Source: Marsupella aquatica (lineage: Eukaryota; Plantae; Marchantiophyta). From it: a DNA stretch of 64,000 nt. Location of the stretch: the NCBI GenBank assembly GCA_973895155.1, contig OZ316895.1:13193186-13257185 (forward strand), given 5' to 3'. The first letter of the stretch is position 1. Every line of letters starts with the position of its first letter. Both the position numbers and the translations under genes were made by a program. Shown here piece by piece: positions 49,421-60,747 of the stretch. Below the pieces are notes generated by a model, which was given only the letters and a program-made list of their open reading frames with translations, did not search any database and was not told the DNA's origin.

Positions 49421-50315
49421 TGGAAAGACTTGGTTAAATTGAAAATCCATCTTTCCTGTCCATCAAGTCCAAATGAATGATCATTGTACACAGGGAAGGT
49501 TGTGATTATTGATTCACCTTAGGCACATAAGAAATATTTGGGCCCACATTTCTTGAGGATAGGGACATTAACATCAGCACTAGCAACACCTAAGATTGGG
49601 AGGATCACGGTCCTAGATTTACTCCCTAGACACCACACCTGGCTCTACCAGATGTCAGTTCACGGATGCCCGACCTAGATCCCCAGCCTGTTGACTAGAC
49701 TCCTCCCTGATTCTCATGAGCTATGCCATGCAAACCCATGTTGTCTCCGGGGGTAACTGCAGCATGCTCTCTGCTAGGTGAGTAGATAATCATTTATTTA
49801 TTAATCTTTCTTACAGGAGAAGGTGACAGTGCCACATGAATTCCAAGTCAACCGTAGCTAAGACCAGCACAGCAAAGAGAAAACAAAACCTGAGGGGTCA
49901 GTAATTGACCAATGGGTAGTTGCAGCTCGGGCGACCAACCGCAGGAAACCCCGGAATGCAAGGACAGCGCCTTGGCCCGTGATTGAAACAGAGTAAGCCA
50001 AGATTTGAGACAAGAAAGGTTAACATAGAGCAATGAATGTCAAGATAAAACAATGTATGCCAAAGATGCACCATTGTGGCCTAGTCACTGCTTATCCAAA
50101 AGGGCCCACAAAGGGAGCCCATAATAAAGCCTATTGTACAAGCGACCAGCCAAGGCAATCAAGTTGAGTCAACAAGTTGCTACCTCAATGCCCACCAATG
50201 GTGTTCAGACTACTGGAGTCGGTGACTATTCTTATTATAGAGTATCCGTGTCCATATATCAAGGAACGTCTTTGGTGGGCATTGGCTGTTAGAGTGTTAG
50301 GTAGCAACTTGTTGC

Positions 50316-50700
50316 CTCAATTTGGCTACCTTGGCTGGTTTTATATTTAGAGCGGGTGAGGGTCAGAAGGATGAACATTCGTGGCTTATATGAACTGGTT
50401 GCGAGTGGAGTGCAAATAAAACATATTATATTTTTTGGAGGGTAGAACTTGCTTTGTAAATGTCATTATGAGACTGGAGTAGTCCTCGCTGTGCTCGAGA
50501 ATGTGAACTCAATTTGGCTACCTTGGCTGGTTTCATATTTAGAGGGGGTGAGGGGCAAAAGGATGAACATTCATGGCTAATATGAACTGGTTGCGAGTGG
50601 ATTGCAAATAAAAAATATTATATTTTATCGAGGGTAGAACTTGAGTGTAAACGTCATCATGAGACTGGAGTAGTCCTCGCTGTGCTCGAGAATGTGAACT
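50316..50700 (+). repeat. Tandem duplication, two ~192-bp units
   Basis: CTCAATTTGGCTACCTTGGCTGG...GAGACTGGAGTAGTCCTCGCTGTGCTCGAGAATGTGAACT occurs twice in direct tandem. Confidence 0.9.
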
Positions 50701-50739
50701 AAGGGTTTCTTACGAGCAAAGTGTTTGTGATGGGGATAA

Positions 50740-51330
50740 AACAAGGGCAAAACGGTCAGGACGAGAAAGGGAAGTGGCAATAAGTCAGGGTTTGCACTTA
50801 TCGAGAGTTCACTGCACTGTCATAAATAAGAGAAAAGAACACGTAGCCCTTGAACTCCTCTATGCACTTAAGGAAAGTGCAAACAATGGGCGAAATGGTC
50901 AGGAAGACAAAGGGGACGAAAGGCCTGCCTTGCAATTAACCAGGGTTATCACTTATAGAGTGTGGAGAACACGTAGCCATTGAACTCTGTATCTGAGTGA
51001 TGTCCGTCTGTGAGACCTCTGCGCACTTTCTAAAAAAAGGGGAAAGAGTGGGGGGAAAAAAGAGCATCATGGTCAGAAAGAGAAAGGGAAGGGGGGCCCA
51101 CCTTGCAATAAACCAGGTTTTGCACTTATCGAGAGTTCATTGCACTGTCATGAGTGGGAGCAAAGAAGACTTAGCCATTGGAGCTCTGTGTCGGAGTTCC
51201 ATAGGTCTGTGAGCCTCTGTGCACTTAAAATAAGTGCACAAAAAGGGGGCAAAACGGTCAGGAAGAGAAAGGGAAGAAAGCAGGGTGTGCACTTATGAAG
51301 AGTGCACTGCACCGTCACGAGCGAGAGAAC
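50740..51330 (+). repeat. Four diverged tandem units upstream of CCDC115
   Basis: Repeated GGTCAG(G/A)A...AAGGG...CACTTAT..AGAGT at ~50755, ~50897, ~51071 and ~51256. Confidence 0.75.
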
Positions 51331-52038
51331 GAGAGATATGCCTTTCTCGCTCTCATGACTCTGCACAGCAAACTCTCTATATCTTCGTTCTGTCTGTCTG
51401 GCTGCTTCTCTGGGTCTGGATAATTATTCTACCCCTCCATGACCTCCACGTCGTGATGCGGTGCTTCCTTTTCATCGTTTCTTTCTGTTGATTCCGACCA
51501 GATTGAGAGAGGGCCCATGAATTCATTTCCTATATCGGTACGTCTCTCTGCGAAGGCGGTCACTCAGTCTGTGAGTCAGCCGGTCAGTCGAAAAAGAGCA
51601 GTCGATGACAGTTGTGGCACTCTCCTCGACCTGATTCCTCTCCTCTGCTTTCCTTTCCTTTGAATTCTGCGAAACCGTACCCTCCTCTGTGGTACGACCC
51701 AAAGAATTCCCTGGTTGTTGTGTTATAAGCAGTCGTCTAGGTAGGTTGGCGCAAATCAAACCTCACTGAGGAGTTCGTGGCTGATGAGAAGTCGAACAAC
51801 TTCTTGAGTATGTGAAACAGGAGGAAAACGAGGAGAAGAGAGGCTTACTTATTAGATGTGCCAAATGTGAAGGTCTCTCTCTTCGAGCTGCCGGAGTGAG
51901 TATGACAACCAGTGGTGGTACATTAGGGCGGTAATCCCGTGGACTACTCTGAAGAGAATTGAGACACAAGATTTTGAGTTTGGTACATCTGCCGTTTCGT
52001 TACTTTTCCAGTCACAAATTTGAAGGAAATTGTAACGA

Positions 52039-54208
52039 ATGGAGGAGGAAATGGGGAGTGCCAATGAGGATGTATCAGTATTCCAAGAGCAGCAGCAAGA
52101 CGCCTCAAAGCTTGTGACAAGGGGTTTAGAGCGAAACATGGAGGGGGCCGGAGAATCGAATGAGGAGGAGGAGGAGACGAGAAACGAGGCAGATCTAGAC
52201 AGGGAGGCCTGGCGGTGCTTGAATTCGGTGCATGAAATGCTGTGTCTCCGTCAGATACTGAACCAGACATTACGGAAGGTGTGTGCGTTGTTGCTCCTCA
52301 AGGTCCGCCTGTTGGCAACAGTTAGCATGTACAATTCCGAACACACACGAAACACAATTAGGTTTTGAATGAGTGACATTTTGATAAGAAATTTCTACCG
52401 GCTCGCTCAAAATTGGGCGCAGCTCCTTATTATAGCTAAGACGCATCCTACTCATGACAGGAATCCATCTCATGAGATGTCCAAGGTGTTGCTGCAGGGA
52501 TGGATGGAACTGGCCAGTGCTCGATATGAAATGGGACCTGCACGCATTAGCCAAAATTTGTTCAGCCGTAAGCCTCAGGCTGCCAAGGCAGCAGTAGATG
52601 TCAGTTCACGCATTGAAGGTGAGAAACATGCCTAACTTTCCATTGCATTCACACAAGGTCATCTTCAACGGAATGTTTACTGAATAGATTTACAGACCAG
52701 CATGACTAGTAGATTTGGAGGATTCTTATCATTCTTGGGGAGCAAGTTCTTTCCATTTAGTGATTGGTGGTTGCTCAATGCCAAGATCTTTAGGACAATG
52801 TGACGCAAAAATTGTTGTTTCGATTGTCAGGTGAAGCCGAAGAAGAGTTGTCTACTGAGGGTCCTGTAATATTTAAACTGATCAAAGATTCATCAGAACA
52901 ACGACAGAAAGTGGCGGCACATAGTGACGGGATCAATCTGAACTATAGGAAGAGTAATTCCTCCTCACAATTGCGACGAAGGCCCGTCTCCAGCCCAGCC
53001 GGTTGGTACCACTTCTGTGGCTTACTTTTGTGTTGTTGGCTAGGAATATTATTTCAATAGTATTGATGCGGCAATGACGCAAATGAATTTTACTATCAGA
53101 ATCCAAAATTGGCTCATTATTATGCTTGATGATAACATGTGGTAGGCATGTAAAGACTCTTGTCCTGAAAGTCGCAATTACATGTATCTGGCCTGGAAGT
53201 TTAGATCTGCTTGTAGGCGATTTTCACGTCATCCTCTCATAACAGGCATAATTGCAGGGGCAGTGGCAGAGACATGGGAGGCATTTTTAGTGGTTGAATT
53301 GGCACCTAATCAAAAAAATTGGCCTTTTCCTCAGTACACGTTGAGTCCACAGACGGTGAAATGGACGAGCTCCTGCAATATGCTAACTTGATAGATGACT
53401 CGGACAGTGAAGATGATCTGCAGCCCTTAGAGGTAATCTGACATTAGTCTTCCCACTCCTGTCTCTTTGACTGCAAATGAATTGGCTTGTACTTGATGAC
53501 TCTTGATTAATGAGTTGTAGGGGTAATGTCTCTTTTGTCTTCCCGCTCCTATCTGTTTGACCGCGAATAAATTGCCTTGTACTAGATGACTCTTGATTGA
53601 TGAGTTGTTAATGACATGAATTTGTCCGCACACTAAGCGGCTTTAGTAGGGTTCGAAGTCAACTTGTTCTATGCAGTGCTTCCACCCTATTTTTTTCTTT
53701 TTGTAATGCTGGAACTGTTTCCTATTTGGCTCCACACAGGGTGGGATGCAGGTGATATCTTTCTAAACATTTAATCCCGGATTAGAAGCTATATTCATTG
53801 TCTTTCGTCACATTTCAGGTTCAGAAGAGCACTTTGCAAGGATTTGGGGCTATGGTTGCGCCGCATTTGCGTAATGCACAAGGTTCCTTCGTGAAAGGTA
53901 GGTTCCTGAACGGCACTTTGAAAACTTTAGAGAGATCATGCCTCAGTTGGCTTTCATATTCGTAGTTGCCATGGTCATCATAATGGATTTGTGCATCAAA
54001 AACAGGAACTAGCGATTCTAAAACTTTTTGCCTGGTTAGAGACTTCAAAATGGTTTTTTTGTTAACTAGTTGGCTGGTTCTGAACTTGTGTTGGAAAGCA
54101 GCATTACAGAACATGGTGGAGTTGCTCAATGCGCAAAACAATGCTACGGATGCTCATTTTAAGGCAACGAGAATTCAGGCCAACCTTGACAATTCTGTCG
54201 GGCAGTGA
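52039..54208 (+). CDS. CCDC115: CCDC115/Vma22 vacuolar ATPase assembly factor; 6 exons, ~271 aa
   Basis: GT-AG exons 52039-52278, 52498-52618, 52831-53001, 53335-53432, 53819-53897, 54102-54208 join in frame (816 nt). Family motifs LRKGWMELASARYEMGPARIS and FGAMVAPHLRNAQGSFVKALQNMVELLN are present. Confidence 0.9.
53445..53610 (+). repeat. ~90-bp tandem duplication in CCDC115 intron 4
   Basis: GTCTTCCC.CTCCT.TCT.TTTGAC...GATGACTCTTGATT.ATGAGTTGT occurs twice. Confidence 0.8.
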
Positions 54209-55009
54209 AGATTCTGGAAGGGATGCACAATCTATGCCCAAATACGTCAACTCTCCTTGATGCCCTGAAGGTTTTAGAGCATGAATTTGAATTTGCGGGG
54301 AGACAATCTCAATGCAATTGGCGTCAATAATCATTGGCTCCTGGGCACGGGTAATCGCGATTTTTACGGACAATCTAAATCAGTCATCTTTAGAGAAAAG
54401 TAGAGTTAACTAGGTTAGATGTCAAAGCGTGAGATAGGTGGGACATCAGCCCTGTTGAAGCCAGGATGAAGCATCATTGTTTTTGTTCGTTTCATACAAC
54501 CTGCGTTGCTACCGTTGGAAAACTACTGGGTCAATTTTTCTTCATATGGTGGATGTAGACCTTACGACGTCATCCATTCTGTTGAAGAGTAGAGAACCAG
54601 CCCTCAGGAATGGTCTAGGATGTCATGCAGTCGGTTGATACTTGGATGGAAACTGGATACAACAGCAAGCTGGACCAAGAGTTTGTGGCAATACAAGCCT
54701 TACGAAATCAGATATACTTGCATTATAGTGTGTTTCACGTCGGCCTTGACGAGAAAGAAGTTAGAGTAGCATAATTACAATTTTTATGTAAATGTCTACA
54801 CAAAGTAAACCCTCGGGAGCAAGGGCTTAGTATACTTTTAAGCAAACCTACTCTTGAGAAGACCAAAATTTTAAAACGGAAGAGTTAGGATGGTGTTATA
54901 GGGGCACTTTACTTGGGCCCCGGCCATATTTTTCATACATTTTCTGTATCTACCTGACAGACTGCCCCCTCCCATTACTCTGGGAATGGCATTCACCTAA
55001 ATTTTGCCT

Positions 55010-57850
55010 AGTGGTGGTTTGAATCTTGCATTGTGCCACATTGTTTTACTCCCCGTGCACAAAGTCCTCCAAATCCTTTCTCACAAATTGATTTCCGTGG
55101 TTTAGGATTTTCAATTGATTTGTGGTTTAGGGATCTCACAACTTGAGTTCCACATCCTTGGAAATACTGTGTTGACAGGTAGAGATAGCCTCTCAAATCC
55201 ACGGATGACCAATTCAACATCAGTGTTTCCTCTGTCTCACTTCGGTCTTCGAATGTATTCATCGTTCCATGCATGACCAATTCAACAACACTGTCTGCAC
55301 TGACCCTCTCCCATCTTGGGAAGAATTCATTGTTTCCCACTCCATTCACACTAGCATTTGACATTGTTCGCCTTCTTCTGTACCAACACGAGCATATATG
55401 GGCTTGTCTACAACTTGTATCATGAATAGCTATGTTCAATATGTACTACTAGTCACATAGGCAATTCCATTTGACGAGCAAGTAACCTAGTGTCTCTATC
55501 ACCGCCAAGGGCAACTCCCACAAGAAGCCCACCTGCTCTTCAGCATGACGGTTGCTCAATGGCCCGTTCTCTTTGCACAAACAACCACTCAACCGGTAAA
55601 TAACCCATCTTGATCTTGGTTCCAAGACCATCGTCTTACCTCAAGCTCAATAGTCGTCAATAAGTAGGTTAGTGGATAGAAGTGGTGGACCTCGCCACCC
55701 AGCGCCCTCACCAATCCCAGCACTTGCGCCTAAGTGCCCTTGGTGCCCGAACGCCTCCACAGAATACCTCGAGCAAGCTTCCAAGTGCCTCTAGCACCAC
55801 CTGCGGCCCCTCCCATACGAAGCCGCGCTTGCTCACCTGCACGACCACTACTCATCGGTCCTCACTGTCTGCACAAACAACCAAGCACCTCAGTAAGTAA
55901 CCCCTCTGGATCTAGAACTCGCCCAGTTTAGTATCCTAACTCAAGCTCAACAGACGTTGGTAAATAGGTCAGCGATAGGTCCTCCCGATGCCATAAGCCA
56001 GAACCAGAACCCACGCCCACTGTCCGTCTAGGACAACTCCTTCCTTGGGTGCGGCCCGGGTTCCCCCTCGTACCTATCCATCACCAACTGACCGCCCTGA
56101 CCTCAGGACATGCTCATGGCCCAAATAGCGTAGCTTGTCCTAAAGCTTGTCCCAAGCTTGTCTCAACACGCCGGGACCAGAATGGCCCCGACTCTAACAA
56201 CCGCTCCCGGTTTGCCCCACTGAAGGTCTAGGGACCGAGCGCCCTTGGGACTCAGCCTCCATACCTACTTGGCCTCGCCTCCCCAACGCAAGCTCCCTTG
56301 GGAGGCTGAACGCGGCTTGGCTGCTGTTCGGCAGGATTTGGCAAGCGGGCGAGTTAACACCCGCAAAACATGAGAACTTATGGCACCCCCGGACCCATCT
56401 GAGCTCAGGAGAGCGTAGCCCTCCTCAAGAGCTTTCCAATGAACCCAAAAAGTCCTTCAACGGACTTCCCGTTGGGAAGATATCGTCATTTCCGTTTGGC
56501 GGTTTCTCTTAGTGTCGCGATCGCCGCGGCTCACGACTTCGGCTCGGCTTTAGCCCCCAGGGAGACACCACTCCCCTCATATATGCTTCTGGAGACCTGC
56601 CACCCCCGGACCAACTTCGGTCCCTAAACATTTGGCCCCCAACCCGGATCCCATCGCGCATAATGGGTGCACCACCAACTGGCAACGCCCATAACTTTCT
56701 TGATAGGCATCCGCAAGCGGAGTGCCTTAGCCCGTTGTGACCGGGCCAACCCAGTGCTCATGCCTAGGCCCTCAGGTCTGATCGCCGCTCGGGGCCCTTG
56801 ACCGGCCCAACCCGGATCGGGCCACAACTTGCGCCCCAAGCGTCCGCTGCCAATGGCGTCAACTCCATTGGCCTTGGGCCCAAGAGGAGCTCACTCCCAA
56901 GCCCTCAGGACTCAAAGCCCATCCGACGGTCCGGACGGCCAACCTTGAGCCCGGCCCATTTCCCCTTGACCCGACCAGCCATAGGCTAGTCCAAGTCCTT
57001 AGTTCGTGTCCCCAGCTTGGCCCCTTGCCTCGCCAGTGCCACATCTCATTGCCCACAAGTCTCCCCATGCTAAGTCCTCCCCGGATGGCCTATCCGGGCC
57101 TGGACCATAAGGGAGGGCGTCGGAGTCAGCGACGTCGGAGTCAGCGACGTCGGAGCTAAGTGTTAAGGTAGTCGAGTTCCGCGACTATAGAGCCTCCCAA
57201 GTCGTGTGGCCTTGCCATAAGCTAAAGGTAGGGTCAGCACCCACTATTTGTCCATAATAGTCTCTCTACCTGGTGTTTCCCGAGCTTCCCAATTTTCTAT
57301 CCCAATTTTATATCCATCATTGGCTAACCACCCTGCCTCCAGGATATGCCCATGGCCCAAATAGTATTTTGTTCCAAACGTCGGGATTAGCTCATTCCCG
57401 ACTCACACAACTGTCTTCATGGATCTAAATCAACCGTGAACCCAAAGGCATGATGCACTTAGACCTCAACACCTAAGTTTACTCTACAACATCTCTCCAA
57501 TGGAACTCTCATAGGAACTGAACACGAATTGGTTGTTGTTTCAGCAAGATTGGCAAGCCGACGAGATAGCCCTTGCAAACCATAAATATGTACCAACTGA
57601 GACAATTGGAGATAGTCCTACTCAAGAGCATTCCAATGCACCCAAGAAATCCCCCAATGGGATTTGTGTTGAGGAGATATTGTCGTTTCCGTTTGGTATC
57701 TCTCCTTAGTAGCGGGACCGTTGCACTTCACGACTTGGGCTCCCCCTTGGCCTACTAGAGACACCATTCTCCTCATATATGCTTATGGTGTCCTGCCACT
57801 CTCGGACCAATTGTGGTCCCCTATTTTTGCCCAGGGTGGCGACTGTAACC
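55010..57850 (-). mobile_element. Probable LTR-retrotransposon (Ty3/gypsy-like) remnant with internal diverged direct repeats
   Basis: PBS-like TGGTCTTGGAACCAAG on the minus strand (~55616-55631); weakly gag-like PKPRKSICEKDLEDFV downstream; diverged direct repeats 56050-56630 and 57280-57830. Confidence 0.4.
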
Positions 57851-58289
57851 ATAGGTAGGGCAGTTGACCCCAATCATGGACTAGGTTATAATGTATGAAA
57901 CTGTTTGCTCAGACTAGACAGCAAATGTAAAACATGAGTCAAGCACACTCATTCAGACACTACACCAACAAGACAGAGCGAGTGAAGAAAGTACTAAAGG
58001 ATCCATAGCATATGAGAGTACATGTGAAGGAGGTAGAGAATATTCCCCCTCCATGCAACCTATACCCCCGGGGGGCTAAGATATGTGGGCCTAATCTAGG
58101 AAAATTTTATCCTAATGTAATCAAGGGTTTACTAACCCTTTTAAGGCCAAACAACTAAAGTCAAGAACTTGAGTCAATTCCTAACAGGTGGGTTAACTAG
58201 GTTGCACATTATATCCCAAACGGTATTTACTCGCATAGTAGGAACTCATGATCATTGTTACAAAGCCAATTGAGAGATAGGGAGATCTT

Positions 58290-58450
58290 GTATTGTAAAG
58301 ACTCGATATGGTAATCGGGCCCAGAGTGGAGGAAAGCTCTTGTGTGTTCCCGTGGACATAGCTTCAACTAAGGTGAACCACATATCTCTTGGTGTCGACT
58401 ACTTGTGTGTTGGAAGATCACGGGTTTGTTGTTATAAATGTTGTCTTTGT
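58290..58450 (+). repeat. Decayed LTR fragment related to the copia LTR family at 42099/48086
   Basis: TTCCCGTGGACATAGC...AGGTGAACCAC...GTGTCGACTACTTGT matches the R/U5 part of those LTRs. Confidence 0.6.
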
Positions 58451-58819
58451 TTAACAAGCTTGCCCAAACAAGTTACTAGAGCATTTCAATGCTTCATCAT
58501 TAGGGTTGATGGCTTTCCACCATACAAAAATGATCATAGTTTTTACCTACCCCCCATGACAAGTTCCTTCCAAATTCTTGGCATGTCGTAGCGCCATATC
58601 ATTGGTTTTGGCCCAAAAATATCACTAGAAAATTAAAATGACCGCTTAATGCTAGTAAGGGCAAGGAAAATGTTTTTTTCTTTTACAAGTTAACAGCGCA
58701 TTATATCTACGCCAAGTTAATGCTCCCCCATTTTCCTCTGGCCCTGTACACGGGCCCGTACATTGCCCTTCCCAATCCCCGATGCTCATTGTTCTGGCCT
58801 AAGTTTGCAAGAATATAGA

Positions 58820-59280
58820 CCAAGTCTCTATCATTAATCATGATTCTTATCCAAAGTAACAGGCTTTTCCTGAACACTTAGACTCTAATACATTACTCCA
58901 TTGGAAATAATTGTTGCTAAAACATAAACCACGACTCCATAAAGAAGAAGCATTTGACAGAACATCAATCAAGACTCTATCAATCATGTCTCTTAACCAA
59001 AGTACTAGGCTCTCTCTGAACACTTGGACTCTATTACGAAACAAACATGACTCTGTTGGAAAGAAGTGTTGTCAAACATAAAGCACGACTCCATAGAGAA
59101 GAAGCATTTGGTAGAACATAAACTAGGACTTTATCAATCTTGACTCTTAACCAAAATACTAGGCTCCCCTGAATACTTAGACTTTGTTACAAAGCAATCA
59201 TGACTCCATTGGAAAGAAGATTGCGGGAACATAAAGTAACCACTACTCCACAAGGAAGAAGTCAATGGCACCAATTCAAT
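58820..59280 (+). repeat. Three diverged ~150-bp tandem units
   Basis: CTTAACCAAA.TACTAGGCTC...TGAA.ACTT.GACT...ACATAAA..ACGACTCCA...GAAGAAG repeated three times. Confidence 0.8.
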
Positions 59281-59619
59281 CAGGCCAGAGCAGGCAAAAA
59301 AAAGTGAAGAGTGCAAAAACATAAACTCAAAGTTGATGACACAAAGTTGATTGGGCCCAAACAAGTGACAAAATGGTAGAGTCTAGGGTTATGTTTGGGC
59401 AAACTCAGGCAGGAGCGGCCCATAGCAGTATTGGGGACTGGGACGGGCAGTGTACAGACCTCGGGAAAATGGAGGAGCATGAACTCAGCGTAGAATTAAT
59501 GCGCAATATAAGTTAGGGGGTCCAGACACAAAAATGTTGCACATGACGTAGGAGGCTCCATACAATGCCCCCCCCCCCCCCCCCCCCCCCAACCGCGCGC
59601 CCGAGCCTACCTCTCTATC

Positions 59620-60115
59620 CTCCAAATTTCTCATTTTTGATCTTGAGGCTGGGGGCTCCTGAAGTTTTTCTGAAAAGTATTCCCTTCTTGCTCTATGATC
59701 TTGGAAAGTTCAGTCCAATAAATCCACATAATGTAGTCCTAGAAATTTTTGAAAGAGTTACAACATTTTTCTGGTTGAATACTTTTGTTTACTACATCCT
59801 AATCCTCCAAATTTGTTATTTTTGATCCTGAGGTAGGTTACCCCTGAAACCATAATAGTTGTCCCTTTTTGCTCTATGATCTTGGGAAGTTTCAGCCCAT
59901 TTGATCCACAAAGAATGTAGTACTAGAAAGATTGAAAGAGTTGCAACTTTTTTTTGTCAAATAGGTTTGTTCCTACCTCCCAATCCTCCAGGTTTTTTCG
60001 TTTTTGTCTTAAGGTTGGTTGCCCCTGAAATTGTTCCAAAACAATTTTCCCATCTTGGTCTATGATCTTGGAAAGTTTCAGCCCATTTGATCTAGGGAAG
60101 GTAGTCCTAGACAAT
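59620..60115 (+). repeat. Three diverged ~185-bp tandem units
   Basis: CTATGATCTTGG(A/G)AAGTT...ATCC...GTAGT.CTAGA at ~59693, ~59874 and ~60060. Confidence 0.8.
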
Positions 60116-60747
60116 TTGCCATCCTTCACTTTGTTGTCAAACAGCTTCTTGTGAAACCAAACTTTGGTGATCTTCCTTACTTTCTTGCTCTCTTTTGTTT
60201 GAGTGGAGAACGCACTTTGAACAACTTGATGAGTCCATTGTCTCAATGTATGTGGTAGATTTTACAGTAATTCTCTTCCTAGACAAGATTAGACGTGAAA
60301 AACTCAGGTAATAGATTGGACTTAGAACCGTAGCATCATATCAGGTATGGTCTCCTAAGAGTCACTTTAATTAACACTTAGATTAGAAAAAATACCTTAT
60401 AATCATTAACCTACACTTCCAACCAGGACACCGGCGAGACAGCTCACCCCCAAAACCAGGAAATCCTGAGCTCCCAAGAGATCCTGAGCTTTGGCAGTGA
60501 CAAGAAGATGGCCGAGGTGATTCCAAAAGCAGCACCATAAACATGATCCAGGCAAGCAAATCAGCAACAGGGCAAGAGCAATTAACGTCGACAACCTCAA
60601 ACCAGGTCAAGCCTTCATCGATCCATGATCCGTGGAAGAAGTGAGCTGGTGAACAATGGACAGATGGATCCCAAGAAATCGTTTAGCGTCTGTACCCCGG
60701 CTGCCTGCAGCGGGGCTTGCAGCCTGAGCACTAAGTAAATTGCAGAC

